From the NCBI RefSeq assembly GCF_032191835.1, contig NC_083233.1, positions 9,858,001 through 9,922,000 of the forward strand: a DNA stretch of 64,000 bases. Direction: 5' to 3'. This stretch comes from Heteronotia binoei (taxonomy: Eukaryota). The notes beneath the pieces were generated by a model. It was not told the origin of the DNA, did no database searches, and saw only the letters and a program-made list of their open reading frames with translations. A program made the translations under genes and the position numbers. This document shows, one piece after another, positions 23,530 through 36,826 of this stretch (positions are counted from its first letter, which is position 1; every line of letters starts with the position of its first letter).

Positions 23530-24283
23530 TAGAATCATAGAGTTGGAAGGAACCTCCAGGGTCGTCTAGTCCAACCCCCTGCACAATGCAGGAAACTCAC
23601 AAACACCTCCCCCTAAATTCGCCAGGATCTTCATTGCTGTCAGATGGCCATCTAGCCTCTGTTTAAAAACCTTCAAGGAAGGAGAGCCCACCACCTCCCG
23701 AGGAAGCCTGTTCCACTGAGGAATCGCTCTAACGGTCAGGAAGTTCTTCCTAATGTTGAGCCGGAAACTCTTGATTCAATTTCAACCCATTGGTTCAGCA
23801 TTCTGAATAAAACTTAGTTGGTCTTAAAAAGTGCAGCTTGTCTACTGCTTCATCCTCTCTATGACAGCCCTTCAAGTACTTGAAGATGATGATCATATCA
23901 CCTCTCAGCCGCCTCCTCTCCAGGCTAAACATCCCCAGCTCCTTCAGCCTTTCTTCATAGGACTTGGTCTCCAGACCCCTCACCATCTTCTTCGCCCTCC
24001 TCTGGACTCCTTCCAGTTTGTCTATATCCTTCTTAAAATGTGGTGCCCCAAACTGAACACAATACTCCAGGTGAGGTCTTACCAGAGCAGAGTAAAGCGA
24101 TACCATCACATCATGTGATCTGGACACTATACTTCTGTTGATACAGCCCAAAATGGCATTTGCCTTTTTAGCCACCACAGCACACTGTTGACTCATGTTC
24201 AGCATATGGTCCACTAATACCCTTAGATCCTTTTCGCACATACTACTGCTAAGACAAGTCTCCCCCATCCTATAACCATGCTT
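23530..24283 (-). mobile_element. CR1 LINE 3' portion, interrupted by a short Penelope-like fragment (~23797-23845)
   Basis: ORF 23795-24268 ([30 protein letters not shown]). agaatcatagagttggaagg tail. ctgaataaaacttagttggtcttaaa insert. Confidence 0.85.
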
Positions 24284-24899
24284 ATAGAAATGTACACACG
24301 CACAGCAAAACTAAGACCTTGCGATGATAAACACAGCTAAAACCAATAATCGTATACTCTAATTGCTGGGTACAAGTCAAAAAAATCATTAACCAAGCTA
24401 TCCCAAACTCTGGGATAAGCCACTGGGATTCTTTGAAATCAATGGAAGTTATAATACTGAGTTTTGACTCATTTATGCACAGTGTGAATTTGCTTCCATC
24501 CCACTAAAAAGTAGGGCAGTAATGAGCAGCTAATGCAGCAATCCAGGGCAGGCATCAGTCTGGACCAGTAATCAGCATGGGCAGTTGAGTTCCTTGCAGA
24601 GAAAATTCCGTGCTCTAGCATTTAAGTTCCGTGCCTGAAGCAGCGAATGAGCATCTAGTGAGTGAGCATCTAGGCATGCCTCACCTACATATGAATTGAA
24701 GAGCAAAGGCATTAAGAGAAGAGGCCTCGTTAAGCTTGCACATCCAGGTAGTGTTGTACTAAGTACCGCGGACTTTTTGCGCAGCGCACGTCTTGAACAT
24801 TAACGCATGAAAACACCCTCCCTTAGCAGGTGAAAAATCAGCCAGATCTTGAGCTGACATGCCAGTCTCTGAAGGAGCAGTTGCAAGGTTCACCGAAAC

Positions 24900-25545
24900 A
24901 CTTTTATTTGGTGGCTTTATTTATTTATTTCTTAACAAGATTGTCACCCAGCCTTTCTGCCCTCCTAGTCCCCCCCCCCCCCCGGCAGCTAATAAGTTGA
25001 AATGTGCGAATTAAAACCTCATCTTAAAAGACATTAAAGCCAACACAGCAATTTAAATTGGAGCTTAAAATGAGCACAAAAGAGAAAAACAACAATTAAA
25101 TCATCAGGGAGGAAGGAGGCATCACTGAGGGAATGCCAAGAGAAACAAAAAACCCCTCAGTCTTCAACTACTGATGGATGCAGGCAACAGAAGTGGAAAG
25201 CAGAATCTCTGAGGTGAGGCAGTTCCAAAATTTTGGTGGCACTACTGCCGTTTCCATCTGCCTCACCTGCACAAGGCGGGGGGCACCCAAAGCAAGGTCT
25301 CTGAAGCTGACCGCAGTGGTGTTGGGTAGGTTTAAGAGGGAGTAGCTGGTCCTTCCAGTATGTGGGCTTTGAAGGTCAAGACCAACGCCTTGAATTGTGC
25401 CCCGAAACAAATTGGAAGCCAAGACTAGAGTGATACTACATTCACCATCTTGGCTGCACGTTCTGTACCAACTGAAGTTTCCAAACAGCTCTCAACTTCA
25501 GCGCCATGTGGAGTGCCTTGTAATAGTCTAATCTTGATGTACTAA
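24900..25545 (-). mobile_element. Degenerate L2 LINE 3' region
   Basis: SRLDYYKAL..LKLRAVWKLQLVQN is an L2 RT C-terminal motif. A-rich tail remnant near 24910. Confidence 0.65.
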
Positions 25546-26164
25546 TATTTGCGAGCTTTGTGGTGAAAAAGCAATTCAAGAAATTGTAGAAACATTTTTT
25601 TTTTCTACTCCAACAGTGCAATAGCATGCAGTAGTCCACTGTTGTTTCCTTGATACAGTGAGGGGCCATATGTTGGGAAGGGCATGAACTATCCGACGAA
25701 CTAGAGTTCATCATAAATTTTGGCCGGTTCATGGTTCCAGAAGCAATGTTTGTGAACTGAAGAGCTGCCACAAATTTCCATGAATTTTGATGACGTTTGT
25801 GGTGGTTGGTGAACAGCAGGAAGTTTTCTGCTCTTCACTGCTGAGCAGCAGAGAGCAGAAAGCTGAGCCATTTAACCCCCTGCTTTTTACTTGCTGCCAC
25901 TTAGCTGATTGCTTTAAATGGCCTGGCACAAAAAGCAGCAGAGAGCTGAAAGCAGGGGCTTAAACGACTCACAAGCCTGTTTGGTTCATACAAGTATATC
26001 TGTTCTTGGTTTGGTTCATGGTTCAGCCACAAACTTCTGAAACGCAGTTTGTACTCATCTGTAGCCATACATGTACAGAAGCAAGTGTCTATACATTAAT
26101 CCCTAGCTAGAAGGGGAAATGTACAGTGTCCATGGGTTCAAAATGGTTGGAGACACCTGGAAGG

Positions 26165-26440
26165 AAGAAGACCGCAGTTTTCTGCCCCACCCTTCTCTCT
26201 GAATCAGAGTCTCAGAGCAGTTTACAATCTCCTTTATCTTTTCCCCCCACAGCAGACACCCTGTGAGGTGGGTGGGGCTGAGAGAGCTCTCATAGCAGCT
26301 GCCCTTTCAAGGACAACTCCTATAAGAGCTATGGCTAACCCAAGGCTATTTCAGCAGCTGCAAGTGGAGGAGTGGGGAATCAAACCCGGTTCTCCCAGAT
26401 AAGAGTCTGCGCACTTAGCCACTACACCAAACTGACTCTC
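26165..26440 (-). mobile_element. Diverged SINE related to family A
   Basis: Same body and Pol III head as family A, with substitutions. Confidence 0.8.
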
Positions 26441-26948
26441 TTTGGTCAGGACTTCTTCTTTGAGCAGAAGAGCACTTTTGGATCCATCCCTGTATGTTTT
26501 CCAGCAATTGTTTTTGCAAATGAAGCCCCTCTCAGCAGCATCCTGGAATATTCAAATCTGGAATTTGTCCTCTGGGAATTTTCACCCATGTTTATAATTC
26601 CTGATTAGAAAGGAATCGAAGTCAGCAGTTACCTGAAGCTATTCATTCAAATTAATACCTAAATTAAGGGTAATTTCTATGTCATTTTAATTTACAACGT
26701 TTCTATTTTCTCTTAATTGATCTAGGCTTCTTGTTGTAATGTCAAGCACTTTATTCTGAAATGTACACCTTTCCCTCTGTCCTGGGGCCATTTCTTCATG
26801 GAGAAAGAGGCTTGCATTTGAAGACTTATACTTTGCAGGCTTTAGTGAATTCGAATTCCCAATAACAGTTTGCACAGATGGGAAATTGTTGAGTCTGCTC
26901 CTTCCCTTCAAATAATTAGGTGATTATTTTTAAATTTTGCTGGTGCAG

Positions 26949-27190
26949 CATTGATCAAAACGACTGAGGTACCTGAAGAGGAGCTGAAGGCTGTACAGTC
27001 TTTTTGTGCCGTCAAGATTAACCGGCTCAGTCACCTGCCAAGCTCAGAGCTTCCAAAGAGGCACAAGCAGAACCATTGGAAGCCTGGATTCACTTCAGAG
27101 AAGCTCCTGAGGCATGAGGTGAACTGGATTGTTCCGAATCGGCTGGTGAACAGGCTGCAGTTGAAAAATTTCCAGGGGGCCATGAAGCAG
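26949..27190 (+). CDS. C8orf48: C8orf48 homologue, coding exon 3 (ALIKTTEVPEEELKAVQSFCAVKINRL...QGAMKQ)
   Basis: CAG acceptor at 26948 and CAG|GTAACT donor. Phase 1-0. Matches recalled human RVSDEELNALQSYCTMKINL and LLNRIYFKN. Confidence 0.9.
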
Positions 27191-27315
27191 GTAACTAAAA
27201 GAAGGAATCAGATTTTCTCACTTTCTGATGAGTGCTTGAAAAAAATGAGGCAAGTGTTCTTATTTATTTAGAGCCAGATTCAAGTCCAGTAGTCCCTTAG
27301 AGACCAGAAAGGCGC

Positions 27316-27893
27316 TGCGGACCATAGGACGCACCTTCCTCCTGGGGGGCGATCAGCTGCCTCCGCCTCGATCCTGGCGCTTCCCCCGCGCCTGCCTGCC
27401 TGGCTCCAGCTTCTTCCAGCAAGCGCTGGGATCGCTCCACGCTGCCCCCACCGCAAACCCAGTGCTTCGCGAGCGCCGGCTGCGGAGAGGGCAGCATGCT
27501 TCCTCCGTGCCTGTCTGCCTGGCTCCAGCTCTGACGCTTAAAGCAAGCGCCAGGATCGCTCCTTCTGCCCTCCGATCCGAGCGCTTGCTTTAAGCATCAG
27601 AGCTGAAGCCAGGCAGACAGGCACGGAGGAAGCACGCTGCCCCCTCCACAGCCGGTGCTCGCAAAGCGCTGGGTTTGCGATGGGGGCAGCGTGGAGCGAT
27701 CCCAGTGCTTGCTGGAAGAAGCTGGAGCCAGGCAGACAGGCACGGGGGAAGCGCCGGATCGGAGGCGGAGGCAACGGATCGCCCCCCCCCCCCCCGGAGG
27801 AAGGTACGTACCTTCGCTCCATAAGATGCGCACACTTCCCCCCCACTTTTTTTTGGGGGGGGAAGTGCGTCTTATGGTCCGAAAAATACGGTA
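27316..27893. mobile_element. Tc1/mariner-type (TACCGTATTT) non-autonomous foldback element, left end truncated
   Basis: Right end cttatggtccgaaaaatacggta, left remnant ggaccataggacgcac. Internal ~230-bp inverted arms around a ~30-bp spacer. Confidence 0.7.
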
Positions 27894-28694
27894 CCTCCTT
27901 TTTCCTGGTCTGTATAGGAGAGTTTGGGGGCAGGCAGGGTATTCATGCCTCACACCCTCTGGGATGCTAGAAACACTTTGGGGCTCAAGCAGGTAAAATT
28001 CACCGTCCCTTCTGCTTATTTCTTTCTTCCACTGACACGCAGCTGCCCTCAACATTCCACATCTCCTGGATGACAGTGAGCATGCTCAGTCCTCATCAGA
28101 CCTTAAAAGACTCTTCCCCCCTCCCCCTTTAATTGTGCAAACAGGGTTTTTTTTAATCCCCCAAGCATGAGGGCCTTGTCAGTGAATGGTGAGTGGCTTC
28201 ATTTCTGTCTTCTTCACCTGTTAAGGCACTCGACCATTGCGTTTGCAATTAGAAATGATGTGGGTATCTCAGCTCGCGTTAACTTCCAATGCTTTTCTCT
28301 CTTCAAAAAGTTTTTTTTTTAATAACCACTGGAAAGAAGGAACAGTAATTCTACCTATAGTGGCTTAATACAATAAAAGACCATGATGTAACATTTTATA
28401 AGTTGGTAGCAACCCCAACCCCCCAATATCGTTATCCTTAAATAAATCACTGGTATAGCTGCTACATCTAGTGTTGCAGAGCAGAAAGCCAAAGTAATTT
28501 AGTGTAAAAAAAAGTAACTTGGGCTGGCCTATTGTGATGATTCTGTGGCAGAAGTTTATGAAGTAATTTGGGATGCCTGAGAAGAGCACACACCTTTGTC
28601 TTGATGTCATACCTCTATACCTTATTATTTTTAATGAAGACAGTTGTCTGACTAGAACAGAATCAGCTTGACTGCTTGTTACTTTGACTTCCAG

Positions 28695-28847
28695 TTAGCA
28701 GAAACTGAAATGCACCAACCGTTGCACTGCCCTGAGTGTGAGAAGAAAAGAGCAGAGTTGGCCAGAGAGACTTTTCTGAGGCAAAAGAGAACTTTAATGG
28801 AAGGGGTTTTGCTTCAAGCCAAACTGGAAGAACACATCTACACCAAA
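28695..28847 (+). CDS. C8orf48: C8orf48 homologue, coding exon 4 (LAETEMHQPLHCPECEKKRAELARETFLRQKRTLME...HIYTK)
   Basis: TTCCAG acceptor and AAA|GTAAGT donor. 153 bp, phase 0-0. Matches recalled human QCPYCNRKRAELALSAFLKQKKTLLESFLLQERIDEHLHTK. Confidence 0.92.
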
Positions 28848-29599
28848 GTAAGTTGTTACTCAGGTAAGCAGAGACTGCGACCCAACTGGGAAATAACCTC
28901 ACTAACGGTGCAACCTTGCAAAACTTTTATTTTCCTTGCCCGCTCTTACAAATGCAACTTACAGACTCCATGGAATGTTTTCATATTTTTAGGAAATTTG
29001 TTACCAACTTCTGAACAAACTGTATTTACTTGGAAGGAACTGTACTTACTTGGAACTTTGAATGTAAGAAAACAAACAAAAAACCACCAAAAGAGAAAAG
29101 ACAGCATAAAACATGACTCTGAATTTAAAATGACCCCTCTTAAATAAAGGTAGCGGTATAAACAAAGTTTGTATTGAATAGTAACTGAAATAGAGTAAAC
29201 ATCATAGACCAGAGAAGAAAATAATTATTTTCACTTTTTATACCTCTTTGTAGTGTAACTCTTCATAGGTGGTATGCAAGAGACTGGCTTTTTTTAATAC
29301 CGCCCCCCCCCCCCCCAAATGCCAAACTACTAGGCAAAAACGACTTGCAGTGCTATCCTGAACAAAATGACACTCTTCTCAATCCACTGAAATCAGTGGG
29401 CTTAGAAGGGTTGCAAGTTGGTAATACACTGTTAAACTTCCCTCTCCCCTAGTCAAGTGCTTTCTCCAAGATAGGAAGTCGCACTTTCCCAAGAGACAGC
29501 TGAAGCACCAAACCAGCAGGGACGTCTTTATCCTTCCCTAACAAGAATGTGCAAGTATGAATAGCACTGTTCTTAATAGCACAGGTTAATTAAAGCTAA

Positions 29600-32500
29600 A
29601 AGGGTCTTCAGTTGCTGATGTGAACAAATGCAAAAGGAAAGTCCCAAAGCTGTACAACACAAGGTGAGTAATATGAAATTGTAAAACAGGAAATGGACAA
29701 TTAAACATTGGAATCCTGGGTGTGAGTGAACTAAAATGGACTGAATTAGGACATTTTCAGCTTGGAAATGACAAACCCAAAAGAAACAGTGTTGCTGTAA
29801 TAGGAAGGTGAGATGCAGCACAAGCAATCAGGACCTACAGTGCAAAGGCTGGGCAAATAAACAATTTGACTTCATAGAATGCCAATCAACATAACCATCA
29901 TTCAGATTTATGCCCCAACTATAGGTGCTGAAGGGGAAAAAATTTAAAGCTTTTATTGCAAGTGTCCAGGAAGAAATTGATTAGGTACCTGGACAAGTTG
30001 AGCTGATAATTATATATGACTAGAGTGCAAAAGTAGGAAACAAAACTGAATAAAATATTGTTGGAAAATTTGGACTAGGATTATGAGTTGAAGCATGAGG
30101 GCAACTCATAGAATTTGTGAAGCCAAGAACTGAATAGATTATTGCATACGTGGGCATCACTGGGTGGCCAATATAGGAATCAAATAGATGACATAGAAAC
30201 AGAAGATGAAGGAGCTCATCTCATTTGGTCTCATTTAATTCATGTACAGAACATGAATTGTTAATACAAAAATTAGACTACAGCTGAAGAAAAACACTAG
30301 TGTCCAAATAATCTAAACAAGATTCCTGAAGATTTTAAAGAACATGTAAAGAACAACTGTGCATTACTAAGTTCAATTGCATATGAACTGGGAGATCTGT
30401 GGGTTGAAACCAGAGACATTATTAAAGAAAAATACACAAAGACTATTCCTGTAGCCAAAAGTAAGGAAACGCCTTGGTGGACGGCTGAAGAAAATGGTAA
30501 GATTGCTAAGGGTAGATGAGAAGTAAGAGTAAAAGGTTACAGATATAAAACCAGAGTTTTAAAGGCAACTTTTCAGTGACTTGCATGTAGAGAAAAAGAG
30601 AACAATTATAACCAGTGCAAAGAAATGGAAGAATAAGATCTGAGAAATCAAAGGGGAATTCAAAGCATGGCTAGGGATGCTGAAAGATCAACAAGAAAAT
30701 ACATTATCTTAGGACAAAATAAAGAAAACATGGAAAAATATGTGGAAGAACTGTACAGAAGAGGTGAAAGGATGATGGAGGACCTGCAGTTTTTGAATGT
30801 TAAGTGAAACTTGCACTCAAAGCAATTTTTATGTACATCTTTTATAGTCCACCTTTCTCACTTGGACTCAAGGGAGGTTACACAATGAGTCAATACGGGA
30901 GGAGAGGCATTCGATAGATACAATAGGATTAACAAATAACCAGGAGCAGATGGAATATCGGTAGAGCTGTTCTAATCTACCAAAACAAGATCGTGCCAAT
31001 CAAGGCTTAGGAAGATTGTTCCAATAAATATGGAAAACAAAACAATGGCCCGCATATGGAAACGGTCAGTGTGCATTCCAGTTCTGAAAAAAATGAGAGT
31101 TCAAAGATTGCAGCAGCTGCCAGATCATCACATTAGTTTCCCACACAAGCTAAGTGATGCTTACGACGACTCTTGCAATACACAGAACAAGAATGCCAGA
31201 TTTACAAGCTGGATTCAGAAAAGAACGAGGCTCTAGAGATTATATTGCAAATTTTTGATGGTTATTGGAGCATATGAGAGAATCTGAAAATTCAGCTTGC
31301 GGTTGGTTTTCTAGATTACATGACAATGTGAATCATGAAAAGCTATGGATAATTTTAAAAGAATTGGGTATCTACAACATCTGATTGTTTCCATGAGTAC
31401 CTTGTACTGTGGACAAGAGGCTGTTCTCAGGAGAAGACTACAGGGAAAACAGAAGGGTTTCCAGTTATCAAGTATTATATTATCTCTCTGTCTTTTCAGT
31501 CTATATGCAGAACATATAAGGAAAACTGGGTTAGATTGAGATGAAAGTGGAGTGGAAATTGGAAGGAACACTGCCAATATTGCAGATGACATGACCTTAC
31601 TGGCAGAAAGCAATGAATACTTAAATGACTAGTGAAGATGGTTAAAGAAAAAAGTGCCGAAGCAGCTTTACATCTCGACATAAAGAAGACAAAAGTAATG
31701 ACTGCTGAGCAATTACACAATTTTAGAGTTGACAGTAAAGAAACTGAAATTGTTACTGATTTTCTATTTGTCTGCTCAGTCATCAACCCAAAGGGAGACT
31801 GCAGCAGCCAAGATTCAGAAGGAGGTGGAGACTGGGAAGGGCAGCCATGAAGGAACTAGAAGAGATGCCAAAGTGTAAGGAGGTGTTGCTGGAGACCAAA
31901 ATCAAGATAATTCGTACGATGTTATTCCCTGTCTTTATGGATCGATGTGAACGTTGGACAGTGAAGAAAGCTGAGAGGAAGTAAATGGATTAATTTGAAA
32001 TTGCAGGAGAGTTTTTCAGGTACCGTGGGCTTCAGAAAGGACAAATAAGCGGGTTCTAGATCAGATCATGCCTGAATCCTCCCTGGATGCTAATATAACT
32101 AAACTGAGCCTATTGTACTTTGGTCACATCATAAGAAGAAAAGCCTCACTGGAAGCGACGATAGTGCTAGAAAAAGGTGAAGGCAGCAGGACAAGAGGAA
32201 GACCGCCGACATGAGATGGATGGACTCAGTCATGGAAGAAGAAGAGAAGAAGATACTGGATTTATATCCCGCCCTCCACTCCGAAGAGTCTCAGAGCGGC
32301 TCACAATCTCCTTTCCCTTCCTCCCCCACAACAGACACCCTGTGAGGTAGATGAAGATATTGAATTTATATCCCACCCTCCACTCCGAAGAGTCTCAGAG
32401 CGGCTCACAATCTCCTTTCCCTTCCTCCCCCACAACAGACACCCTGTGAGGTAGATGAAGATATTGAATTTATATCCCACCCTCCACTCCGAAGAGTCTC

Positions 32501-33160
32501 AGAGCGGCTCACAATCTCCTTGACCTTCCTCCCCCTCAACAGACACCCTGTGAGGTAGATGAAGATATTGGATTTATATCCCGCCCTCCGCTCCGAAGAG
32601 TCTCAGAGCAGCTCACAATCTCCTTTACCTTCCTCCCCCACAACAGACACCCTGTGAGGTAGATGAAGATATTGGATTTATATCCCGCCCTCCACTCCGG
32701 AGAGTCTCAGAGCGGCTCACAATCTCCTTTCCCTTCCTCCCCCACAACAGACACCCTGTGAGGCAGATGAAGATATTGGATTTATATCCCGCCCTCCACT
32801 CCGGAGAGTCTCAGAGCGGCTCACAATCTCCTTTCCCTTCCTCCCCCACAACAGACACCCTGTGAGGTGGGTGGGGCTGGAGAGGGCTCTCACAGCAGCT
32901 GCCCTTTCAAGGACGACCTCTGCCAGAGCTATGGCTGACCCAAGGCCATTCCAGCAGCTGCAAGTGGAGGAGTGGGGAATCAAACCCGGTTCTCCCAGAT
33001 AAGAGTTCACACACTTAACCACTACACCAAACCGGCTCTCCACACACACCCCTGTTTGCAAGACCTGAGCAAGGCTGTTAACAGTAGGATGTTTTTGGAG
33101 GCCATGACGTCATATGGTTGCTTCAAGTAAGAAATGATTTGACAACACATAACACACCCA
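29600..33160 (+). mobile_element. Old, heavily mutated RTE-clade LINE, interrupted near its 3' end by a SINE
   Basis: Fragments WKRSVCIP, LIVSMSTLYCGQEA, ttgcagatgac (YADD-like) and LHLDIKKTKVM. RTE 3' end resumes after 33040. Confidence 0.75.
32235..33040 (-). mobile_element. tRNA-derived SINE family A with six tandem 3' modules
   Basis: Six (g/a)atttatatccc modules at ~104-bp spacing, then the body and the Pol III head ending at ~33040. Confidence 0.92.
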
Positions 33161-33283
33161 TCTAAAGCAGCCATGAGCTTATAACAGTTATAGCTGATGT
33201 TTTGCTAAATTGCTGCTAGAACCTGCGGGCTTTCAGTGCTGCTTCTCTGTGTTGGCCTATGAGTTCTCACATATTCTCTAGTG

Positions 33284-33421
33284 CAGGGGTGGCCAACGGT
33301 AGCTCTCCAGATGTTTTTTTGCCTACAACTCCCATCAGCCCCAGCCATTGGTCATGCTGGCTGGGGCTGATGGGAGTTGTAGGCAAAAAAACATCTGGAG
33401 AGCAACCGTTGGCCACCCCTG
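33284..33421. mobile_element. Fully palindromic hAT MITE (CAGGGGTGGCCAA TIRs)
   Basis: Arms match almost end to end. Flanks tctagtg/cctagtg form an imperfect TSD. Confidence 0.85.
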
Positions 33422-33856
33422 CCTAGTGCTTTCTGTGTGCGCAGTGAATCGCATTCACATTCCCCCCCCCACCGTCTATGCATAGCACCTCTTAACAAAT
33501 CTGTATTCCTGACTAGAAGATGACAACTCTCCCCCCTTTTAAGAAAACCAAAAAAGGTGAAAAACGTCATCTTCCTTTTGAGCAAGTACAGTAACTGGGG
33601 AATGCAAGAAATGCCCAGCTATATAATACCTGTTTGCTTCTTAACTGTGGGTACAGTTCATGGACATATGAGGTTACCTTATATTGAATCAAACCCCTGG
33701 TACAGGTTACACAGTATTGTGCTCTGACTGGCATAATCTTTCAAAGGTCTTGGGGAAGGGGGAAGTTTTTAATTTGATTTAAATTTAATTTGCGATTTAT
33801 ACCCTGCCCTATCCTGCAAAGTGGGCTCAGGGCGGCTTACAACATTTAAACATTTG

Positions 33857-36826
33857 TTGTTCAGTCGCACAGTTGATTCCAACTCTTTGCGACAAAGTCA
33901 CAAAGTCACGCCAGGCCAAGGAACAGTCTGGGTTGATTTCGCTTAGGATTGACTGATTTGATCTTCTTGCAGTCTAAGGGACTCTCAAGAGTCTTCTCTA
34001 GACCACATCTCAAAAGCATCTATTCTTCTGCGCTCAGCCTTCCTTATGGTCCAGCTGTCACAGCCATACATTACTACTACTGGGAATACCATCGCTTTGA
34101 CTATACGAACTTTTGTTGGCAGGGTGATGTCTCTTCTTTTTATTATACTGCCCAGGTTTGCCATAGCTGTCCTCCCAAGGAGCAAACATCTTTTGATTTC
34201 ATGGCTACAGTCACCATCTGCAGTGATCTTGGATCCCAGAAATGTGAAGTCACTACTTCCGTGTCTTCCCCTTCTATTTGCCAAGGTGTGATGGGGCCAG
34301 ATGCCATGATCTTAGTTTTTTTGATATTGAGTTTCAAGCCTACTTTTGTGCTCTCCTCTTTCACCCTCAGCAAGAGGTTCTTTAGCTCCTCCTCACTTTC
34401 TGCCATTAGAGTAGTGTCATCTGCATATCTGAGGTTGTTGATGTTTTTCCTGGCAATCTTAATTCCAGCTTGTGCTTCATCCAGGCCAGCATTCTGCATG
34501 ATGTACTCTGCATATAAATTAAATCAGGGTGACAATATACATCCTTGTTGAACTCCTTTTCCTATTCTAAACCAATCAGTTGTTCCATATCCCGTTCTGA
34601 CAGTTGCCTCTTGACCCTTATACAGGTTTCTCAGGAGGCATGTGAGGTGGTCTGGTACTCCCATCTCTTTAAGGACTTGCCACAGTTTATTGTGAGCCAC
34701 ACAATCAAAGGCTTTAGCATAGACAATGAAGCAGAAATAGACGTTTTTCTGATACTCCCGTGCTTTCTCCATAATCCATCAAATGTTGGCAATTTGATCT
34801 CTAGTTCCTCTACCTCTCTGAAACCAAGCTTGAACTTCTGGTAGTTCCCAATCGACATACTGCTGAAGCCTAGTTTGTAGGATCTTTAACATGATCTTGC
34901 TGGCATGTGAAATGAGTGCAGTGGTGCGATAGTTTGAACATTCCTTGGCATTACCCTTCTCTGGGACTGGAATATAAACTGATCTTTTCCAATCCTGTGG
35001 CCACTGTTGTGTTTTCCAAATTTGTTGACATAATGTGTGCATCACTTTAACAGCATCATCTTTTAGGACTTGAATAGCTCAACTGAGATACCATCATCTC
35101 CGCTCACTTTGTTGTTAGTAATGCTTTCTAAAGCCCATTTGACTTCACTCTCCAGGATGTCTGACTCAAGGTCATCGATTTCACTGTCATGGTTGTCCGG
35201 GATATTGAGATCCTTCTTGAATAATTCTTCTGTGTATTCTTGCCACCTCTTCCTGATCTCTTCTGCTTCTGTTAGGTCCCTACCGTTTTTGTCCTTTATC
35301 ATGGCCATCTTTGCATGAAACGTTCCCTTGATTTCTCCAATTTTCTTGAATGGATCTCTTGTCCTTCCCATTCTCTTATTTTCCTCTATTGCTTTGCATT
35401 GTTCCTTCAGGAAGGCCTCCTTATTTCTCCTTGCTGTTCTCTGAAAATCTGCATTCAGTTGGGTGAATCTTTCCTTTTCACCTTTGCCTTTTATGTTCCT
35501 TCTTTCCTCAGCTATTTGTAAAGCCTCATCAGACAGCCACTTTGCTTTCTTGCATTTCTTTTTCTTTGGGATGGTGCTGATTGCTGCCTTCTGTACAATG
35601 TCACGAACCTCCATCCATAGTTCTTCAGGCACTCTATCAATTCTAATTCCTTAAACCTATTCTTCCACTCCACTGTATATTCATAAGGGAGGTGATCAAG
35701 GTCAAACCTGAATGGCCTAATGACTTCCCCAGTTTTCTTCAATTTAAGCCTGAATTTTGCGATGGGTAGTTCATGATCTGAGCCGCAGTCAGCTCCAGGT
35801 CTTGTTTTTGCTGACTGTAAGGAGCTTCTCCATCTTTGACTGCAGAGTATATAATCAATCTGATTTCTGTGTTGCCCATCAGGTGATGCTCACGTGTAGA
35901 GTCGCCTTTTAGGTTGTTGGAAGAGGGTGTTCGCTATGACCAGCTTGTTCTCTTGACAAAACTCTATTAGCCTTTGCCCGGCTTCATTTTGTTCACAAGG
36001 CCAAACTTGTCAATTTTTCCGGTCACCTTTTGATTTCCTACTTTGGCATTCTAGTCCCCTATGATGAGGAGGACATCTTTTTTTGGTGTTAATTGTAGAA
36101 GGTGGTGTAGATCTTCATAGAACTGGTCCACTTCAGCCTCTTCTGCATCAGTGGTTGGGGCATAGACTTGGATTACTGTGATATTGAATGGTTTGCCTTG
36201 GATACGGACCGAGATCATTCTGTCATTTTTGAGATTGTATCCCATTACTGCCTTTCTCACTCTCTTGTTAACTATAAAGGCCACACCATTTCTTCTACGG
36301 GACTTTTGCCCACAGTAATAGATGTAGTGATCCTCTGAGTTGAATTCACTCATTCCCATCCATTTTAGTTCACTGATTTCCAAGATGTCGATGTTCAGTC
36401 TTGCCATCTCTTGTTTGACCACATCTAGTTTACCTTGATTCATAGATCTTACATTCCACGTTCCGATGCAGTATTGTTCTTTGCAGCATCGGACTGTTCT
36501 TTCATCATCAGACACATCCACAGCTGAGCGTCCTTTCGGCTTTGACCCAGCCGCTTCACTCTTTCTGTGGTTACTTCCCCAATAGCATATTGGGCACCTT
36601 CTGACCTGAGGGGCTCATCTTCCAGCGCCATATCTTTTAGCCTTTTGTTTCTGCTCATGGGGTTTTCTTGGCAAGGATACTGGAGTGGTTTGCCATTTCC
36701 TTCTGCAGTGGATCACATTTAGTCTGGATTCTCAGCTGTGGCCTGTCCATCTTGGGTGGCCCTGCATGGCATAGCCCACAGCCTCACTGAACCTCGCAAG
36801 CCCTCTCGCCATGGCAAGGCAGCATT
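33857..36826 (-). mobile_element. Near full-length BovB-like RTE LINE with frameshifts and internal deletions
   Basis: APE domain IGTWNVRSMNQGKLDVVKQEM. RT motifs QWPQDWKRSVYIP, AFDCVAHNKLW, QGCILSP, NNLRYADD. BovB-type 3' end (gtcgcaaagag...gactgaacaac) at 33857. Confidence 0.9.
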
